Assembly (NCBI RefSeq): GCF_041248615.1
Contig: NZ_CP158426.1
Direction: 5' to 3' (one strand)
Length of the DNA stretch: 64,000 nucleotides
Source of the DNA: Escherichia coli
GTDB taxonomy: Bacteria; Pseudomonadota; Gammaproteobacteria; Enterobacterales; Enterobacteriaceae
Below, in pieces: positions 58,860-64,000 of this stretch (its first letter is position 1; each line of letters opens with the position of its first letter). Position numbers and translations under genes: made by a program. Below the pieces are notes generated by a model, which did no database searches, was not told where the DNA came from, and saw only the letters and a program-made list of their open reading frames with translations.

Positions 58860-60295
58860 TTTGCCTCCGATGCCAGTTCGTCAAAGACGTCTTTGCCGAG
58901 AGAGCATTCCGGGCACAGGAAGTTATCCGGGACTTCACTCCACGGCGTTCCTGGCGCAACGTCCTGCATTGGCTCGCCTTTTGCCGGATCGTAAATCCAC
59001 TGGCAGACGCTGCACTGCATCCGTGGGCCGAGGTCAGCCGTCGTGTTGGCAGAGGTTTCTTCTTTAACCACCGTATTCACCGTGCTCTGCGGCAGCGGCG
59101 CGAGCGCCCACTGACGGGCGATTTCGCGACCGTGTTCACGGCATAACTCCAGAGCGTCCTGGTCCGGTCGCCATTTGGCTTTCAGGCTAAGCGACATTTC
59201 GAAACCTGCATCCTGCAGGCGTGTGGAAAGACGATCCACCGCACCGCCGCTCCAGCCGTGAGAGCCGAAAGCACTGGCGCGTTTGTTACGGAAGCGTAAA
59301 CCAGTCATCTCCTCCACCAGCCCGGCGATTTTCGGCATCATCACATTATTCATCGTAGAAGTGCCGACCAGCACGCCTTTTGAGCGGAAGACATTGGTCA
59401 GGATTTCGTTTTTATCGCTTCGGGCGACGTTGAAAATTTTCACCGCCACGCGTGGGTCGGTTTCCGCAATACCCTGGGCGATAGCATCGGCCATCATGCG
59501 GGTATTATTCGACATGGTGTCGTAGAAAATGGTGATTCTGTCTTCCTGATAATCCGCCGCCCATTTCAGGTACAGCTCGACAATTTGCGTCGGGTTATCG
59601 CGCCATACCACGCCGTGAGAGGTCGCTATCATATCGACTGGTAAGTTAAAGCCCAGGATCTCGGTAATTTTCGGCGTTACCAGGCGGCTGAACGGCGTCA
59701 GGATATTGGCGTAGTAACGCTGGCACTGCTCGAAAAGCTCCGTCTGATCCACTTCATCGTTGAACAGATGCTCGTCGCAGTAGTGCTGACCGAAAGCATC
59801 GTTACTGAATAGCACCGCGTCGCCTGTCAGGTAAGTCATCATGCTGTCCGGCCAGTGCAGCATTGGCGTTTCGACAAAAATGAGCTGTTTGCCGTTGCCG
59901 ATATCCAGTGTGTCGCCAGTTTTCACCACATTAAAATTCCACTCCGGATGATGGTGATGACCATTTATCGAGTCGATAGCGTTGGCAGTACAGTAAATCG
60001 GCGTATCGGGAATTTGCGCCATCAGTTCGGTCAGCGCCCCGGCGTGGTCCTCTTCAGCATGGTTAATCACGATGTAATCGATATCCGCCAGATCGATTTC
60101 ATTACGCAGGTTCTGCACAAATTCGCGGCTGAATTTATGGTCAACGGTGTCGATCAGCACGTTTTTTTCTTCGCGGATGAGGTAGCTGTTGTAGCTGCTG
60201 CCGCGCAGCGTTTTATATTCCGTGCCGTGAAAATCACGCACTTCCCAGTCACGTTGACCAACCCAATGAATGTTATTTTTCACCACAATAGACAT
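58856..60295 (-). CDS. norV: anaerobic nitric oxide reductase flavorubredoxin
   Basis: 479 aa; metallo-beta-lactamase-like domain, flavodoxin domain, C-terminal rubredoxin CxxC...CPEC. Confidence 0.95.
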   Translation of the reverse strand: MSIVVKNNIHWVGQRDWEVRDFHGTEYKTLRGSSYNSYLIREEKNVLIDTVDHKFSREFVQNLRNEIDLADIDYIVINHAEEDHAGALTELMAQIPDTPIYCTANAIDSINGHHHHPEWNFNVVKTGDTLDIGNGKQLIFVETPMLHWPDSMMTYLTGDAVLFSNDAFGQHYCDEHLFNDEVDQTELFEQCQRYYANILTPFSRLVTPKITEILGFNLPVDMIATSHGVVWRDNPTQIVELYLKWAADYQEDRITIFYDTMSNNTRMMADAIAQGIAETDPRVAVKIFNVARSDKNEILTNVFRSKGVLVGTSTMNNVMMPKIAGLVEEMTGLRFRNKRASAFGSHGWSGGAVDRLSTRLQDAGFEMSLSLKAKWRPDQDALELCREHGREIARQWALAPLPQSTVNTVVKEETSANTTADLGPRMQCSVCQWIYDPAKGEPMQDVAPGTPWSEVPDNFLCPECSLGKDVFDELASEAK

Positions 60296-60342
60296 AGCAA
60301 CCTCAATTTATTCAGCGTGTTCTAAAAAGATGTCTTGCTAAT

Positions 60343-60358
60343 TGCAGATTGCGTGCCA
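60343..60358 (-). promoter_or_regulatory. sigma-54 promoter (-24/-12) for norVW
   Basis: Minus strand reads TGGCAC-GCAAT-CTGCA about 45 nt upstream of norV. Confidence 0.6.
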
Positions 60359-60413
60359 GTTTTTTATCTGATTGTTTTTACTCTATAAATAAAATTATGC
60401 TCATTAATGAGTA

Positions 60414-60469
60414 GTCAAAATGACTATCAATCAAATGGTCGATATGACAATATCTATAGTCAAATTGAC
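60414..60469. promoter_or_regulatory. three NorR enhancer sites (GT-N7-AC)
   Basis: GTCAAAATGAC (60414-60424), GTCGATATGAC (60438-60448), GTCAAATTGAC (60459-60469). Confidence 0.7.
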
Positions 60470-60481
60470 AGTGAGGCAAAG

Positions 60482-61996
60482 ATGAGTTTTTCCGTTGATG
60501 TGCTGGCGAATATCGCCATCGAATTGCAGCGTGGGATTGGTCATCAGGATCGTTTTCAGCGCCTGATCACCACGCTGCGTCAGGTGCTGGAGTGTGATGC
60601 CTCTGCGTTGCTACGTTATGACTCGCGGCAGTTTATTCCGCTTGCCATCGACGGGCTGGCGAAGGATGTACTCGGTAGACGCTTTGCGCTGGAAGGGCAT
60701 CCACGGCTGGAAGCGATTGCCCGCGCCGGGGACGTGGTGCGCTTTCCCGCAGACAGCGAATTGCCCGATCCCTATGACGGTTTGATTCCCGGGCAGGAGA
60801 GTCTGAAGGTTCACGCCTGCGTTGGTCTGCCATTGTTTGCCGGACAAAACCTGATCGGCGCATTGACGCTCGACGGGATGCAGCCCGATCAGTTCGATGT
60901 TTTCAGTGACGAAGAGTTACGGCTGATTGCCGCGCTGGCGGCGGGAGCGTTAAGCAATGCGTTGCTGATTGAACAACTGGAAAGTCAGAATATGCTGCCA
61001 GGCGATGCCGCGCCGTTTGAAGCGGTGAAACAGACGCAGATGATCGGTCTGTCGCCAGGTATGACGCAATTGAAAAAAGAGATTGAGATTGTGGCGGCGT
61101 CCGATCTCAACGTCCTGATCAGCGGTGAGACGGGAACCGGTAAGGAGCTGGTGGCGAAAGCGATTCATGAAGCCTCGCCACGGGCGGTGAATCCGCTGGT
61201 CTATCTCAACTGTGCCGCACTGCCGGAAAGTGTGGCGGAAAGTGAACTGTTCGGGCATGTGAAAGGAGCGTTTACTGGCGCTATCAGTAACCGCAGCGGG
61301 AAGTTTGAAATGGCGGATAACGGCACGCTGTTTCTCGATGAGATCGGCGAGTTGTCGTTGGCATTGCAGGCCAAGCTGCTGCGGGTGTTGCAGTATGGCG
61401 ATATTCAGCGCGTTGGCGATGACCGCAGTTTGCGGGTCGATGTGCGCGTGCTGGCGGCGACTAACCGTGACTTACGCGAAGAGGTACTGGCAGGGCGATT
61501 TCGCGCTGACTTGTTCCACCGCCTGAGCGTGTTTCCACTTTCAGTGCCGCCGCTGCGTGAGCGGGGCGATGATGTCATTCTGCTGGCGGGGTATTTCTGC
61601 GAGCAGTGTCGTTTGCGGCTGGGGCTCTCCCGCGTGGTATTAAGTGCCGGAGCGCGAAATTTACTGCAACACTACAATTTTCCGGGGAACGTTCGTGAAC
61701 TGGAACATGCTATTCATCGGGCGGTAGTGCTGGCGAGAGCAACCCGCAGCGGCGATGAAGTGATTCTTGAGGCGCAACATTTTGCTTTTCCTGAGGTGAC
61801 GTTGCCGCCGCCAGAAGTGGCGGCGGTGCCCGTTGTTAAGCAAAACCTGCGTGAAGCGACAGAAGCGTTCCAGCGTGAAACCATTCGTCAGGCGCTGGCG
61901 CAAAATCATCACAACTGGGCCGCCTGTGCGCGGATGCTGGAAACCGACGTCGCCAACCTGCATCGGCTGGCGAAACGTCTGGGGCTGAAGGATTAA
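60482..61996 (+). CDS. norR: NO-responsive sigma-54-dependent transcriptional regulator
   Basis: ORF 60407..61996 over-extended: it would run through the three NorR sites; start at [18 protein letters not shown] (60482) with GAGG RBS; 504 aa; GETGTGKE and GAFTGA motifs. Confidence 0.9.
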   Translation: MSFSVDVLANIAIELQRGIGHQDRFQRLITTLRQVLECDASALLRYDSRQFIPLAIDGLAKDVLGRRFALEGHPRLEAIARAGDVVRFPADSELPDPYDGLIPGQESLKVHACVGLPLFAGQNLIGALTLDGMQPDQFDVFSDEELRLIAALAAGALSNALLIEQLESQNMLPGDAAPFEAVKQTQMIGLSPGMTQLKKEIEIVAASDLNVLISGETGTGKELVAKAIHEASPRAVNPLVYLNCAALPESVAESELFGHVKGAFTGAISNRSGKFEMADNGTLFLDEIGELSLALQAKLLRVLQYGDIQRVGDDRSLRVDVRVLAATNRDLREEVLAGRFRADLFHRLSVFPLSVPPLRERGDDVILLAGYFCEQCRLRLGLSRVVLSAGARNLLQHYNFPGNVRELEHAIHRAVVLARATRSGDEVILEAQHFAFPEVTLPPPEVAAVPVVKQNLREATEAFQRETIRQALAQNHHNWAACARMLETDVANLHRLAKRLGLKD

Positions 61997-62958
61997 ATAA
62001 TCCCGGCCTGATAGAAATCCTGCAGGTTAATTGCGCCGGTGAGTTTGCCGTTTTCATCCACTACCGGTGCGGCAGTGATTTTGCGCTTCATCAGGATCTC
62101 TTTGGCGTCGATGGCGCGACTTTGTGCCTGTAATGTGGTGCCGCCTGTCGTCATCGCTTCATTAACTGGCGTGGTGAGTGCGCCGCCGCCAACCAGCCAG
62201 CGACGTAAATCGCCGTCGGTAAAGACGCCTTGTACCTGTTGTTGAGCGTCACATACCGCCACCAGCCCCAGACCAGTGCGGCTGAGTTCCAGCATCGCAT
62301 CCATCACGCTGGCGGTTAACGCTACTTGTGGGATAGCGTCATCACGACGCATCAGATGATGCACTTTATTCAGCAAGCGAGCGCCCAGTGCTCCTGCAGG
62401 GTGGGAGCGGGCAAAATCTTCTTCATTAAATCCGCGCGCCTGCATGACCGCCATCGCCAGCGCGTCACCCATCATCAGGGTATTCACGGTGCTGGAGGTC
62501 GGCGCAAGGTGCATCGGACAGGCTTCGCGTTCTACGGAGATATCCAGCACCGCTTTTGCCGCCAGGCCCAGCGGTGACGTCGGTTTGCCGGTCATCGCCA
62601 GCAGCGCGATAGATTTATCTTCCAGACGCGGAATAATCAGATCCAGTTCCTTCGCGCCACCGGAGTAAGAGATAAACAGCATCACATCGCGGCTTTCAAT
62701 CATCCCCAGATCGCCGTGCAGTGCTTCTGCCGGATGGACAAAAAAAGCCGGTGTGCCAGTGCTGGCAAGCGTTGCGGCGATTTTCTTACCAATGTGGCCC
62801 GATTTGCCAATTCCCGAAACCACCACTTTGCCTTCGCAGTGCAGGATGATATTGGCGGCGCGAACAAAATCATCGCCCAGACGTTCCGGTAAACGGCTTG
62901 CTTCCTGCAACTCCAGCATTAACGTCTGACGTCCCGCGTTCAGTAGTGCTTCACTCAT
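61993..62958 (-). CDS. gutQ: arabinose 5-phosphate isomerase (SIS + tandem CBS)
   Basis: 321 aa; SIS domain [14 protein letters not shown]; overlaps srlR and norR ends. Confidence 0.92.
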   Translation of the reverse strand: MSEALLNAGRQTLMLELQEASRLPERLGDDFVRAANIILHCEGKVVVSGIGKSGHIGKKIAATLASTGTPAFFVHPAEALHGDLGMIESRDVMLFISYSGGAKELDLIIPRLEDKSIALLAMTGKPTSPLGLAAKAVLDISVEREACPMHLAPTSSTVNTLMMGDALAMAVMQARGFNEEDFARSHPAGALGARLLNKVHHLMRRDDAIPQVALTASVMDAMLELSRTGLGLVAVCDAQQQVQGVFTDGDLRRWLVGGGALTTPVNEAMTTGGTTLQAQSRAIDAKEILMKRKITAAPVVDENGKLTGAINLQDFYQAGII

Positions 62959-63724
62959 TGCTCTCTCCGGTTATGATCACATCGATCCCTTTCTTTTCCA
63001 GCGCCTGACGAAACGCTGGATCGATACCTGCGTCGGTAATTAGCTTATCGACGCTTTCAAGACTGCAAACTACGTTGGGGCTTTTACGGCCAAACTTTGA
63101 TGAGTCTGCCATCAAAATCACTTCGCGCGCGGCATTGCACATTGCCTTACTGACGGTATAAACCTCGTTGAACGTGGTTACGCCCGCATTGAGATCGATG
63201 CCGTCGGTGCCCATAAACAATTTATCGAAGGTGAAATGCTCGAAGGCATTCTCTGCCAGTTGCCCGTGAAATGAGGCCGATTTTTTACGAAATGTTCCGC
63301 CTGGCATCAGGATAGTTTGTTCGTTATCCAGTTCGGATAGCGCATTGACGATATGCAGACTGTTGGTCATCACTGTGATGTTATTAAAGCGCGAGAGCAG
63401 GGGAACCATCTGCAAAACGGTACTGCCAGCATCAAGAATGATCGAATCGCCATCATGGATAAAACTAACGGCAGCTTCTGCAATCAGCTCTTTCTTGTGG
63501 GTGTTGATGAGTGTTTTATGATCGATAGGCGGATCGGATTCCTCTTTATTCAACACCACTCCGCCATAAGTACGAATGACGGTTCCGGCATGTTCCAGAA
63601 TGACCAGATCTTTGCGAATGGTTGTGCCTGTGGTGTCAAAGTATTGCGCCAATTCTTCAACCGAGCATTTACCCTGCTTTTGCAGATACTCCAGAATGGC
63701 GGCCTGACGCTGACGAGGTTTCAT
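62951..63724 (-). CDS. srlR: DeoR-family glucitol operon repressor
   Basis: 257 aa; N-terminal [32 protein letters not shown]. Confidence 0.92.
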   Translation of the reverse strand: MKPRQRQAAILEYLQKQGKCSVEELAQYFDTTGTTIRKDLVILEHAGTVIRTYGGVVLNKEESDPPIDHKTLINTHKKELIAEAAVSFIHDGDSIILDAGSTVLQMVPLLSRFNNITVMTNSLHIVNALSELDNEQTILMPGGTFRKKSASFHGQLAENAFEHFTFDKLFMGTDGIDLNAGVTTFNEVYTVSKAMCNAAREVILMADSSKFGRKSPNVVCSLESVDKLITDAGIDPAFRQALEKKGIDVIITGESNE

Positions 63725-63790
63725 GGGCGTGATTACCTGATTTAGGTTTCAAAATGATAACTTCGCAAGCAAGTAACATTCACAACGAAA

Positions 63791-64000
63791 TTATCCACGT
63801 TTCAGTTTAAGCGCCAATGATAGAGCATTCTGTGATAGTGGATCATGGGGAAAGATCACATCGGGCTGTAAATCACCCGCATACATACCGGTAATTGCGG
63901 GAATTTTTTGTGGTCGGGCGAAGACGGTCAGTCCTTTCATAAACAAGGTGTCGACGATGCGTTGCTGATCGTCCAGGGCGATGGCGACCACGACCCGCGG
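63791..64000 (-). CDS. gutM: glucitol operon activator GutM, partial (5' end beyond window)
   Basis: Minus-strand frame is open to the window edge and ends in ...LSLALKLKRG; matches the GutM C-terminus as I recall it. Confidence 0.75.
   Translation of the reverse strand, partial: PRVVVAIALDDQQRIVDTLFMKGLTVFARPQKIPAITGMYAGDLQPDVIFPHDPLSQNALSLALKLKRG

Overview
This window reads as an Escherichia coli chromosomal segment running ygcP -> gutM, in reverse orientation to the K-12 map, and I found no convincing evidence of an undescribed system. Gene order: ygcP-ygcO-ygcN-queD, cysJIH, hokX, a complete type I-E CRISPR-Cas locus (cas3, cse1, cse2, cas7, cas5, cas6e, cas1, cas2, leader, 12 repeats/11 spacers), iap, cysDNC, ygbE, ftsB, ispDF, truD, surE, pcm, nlpD, rpoS, a MarR-family regulator with ecdBCD (UbiX/UbiD/small-subunit decarboxylase), pphB, mutS, ygbA, a Mop/TOBE protein, fhlA, hypEDCBA, hycABCDEFGHI, a higBA-like toxin-antitoxin pair, ascBFG, hydN, hypF, norWV, norR, gutQ, srlR and partial gutM. 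Core genes look near-identical to K-12 as I recall them; all identifications are from reading the translations and motifs, with no database search. The parts most worth a second look are the accessory pieces relative to K-12: the divergent cas gene set, hokX beside the cas3 promoter, the rpoS-mutS replacement segment (MarR + ecdBCD), the standalone Mop gene between ygbA and fhlA, and the higBA-like pair between hycI and ascB. Several supplied ORFs are over-extended at the 5' end; corrected starts are given.
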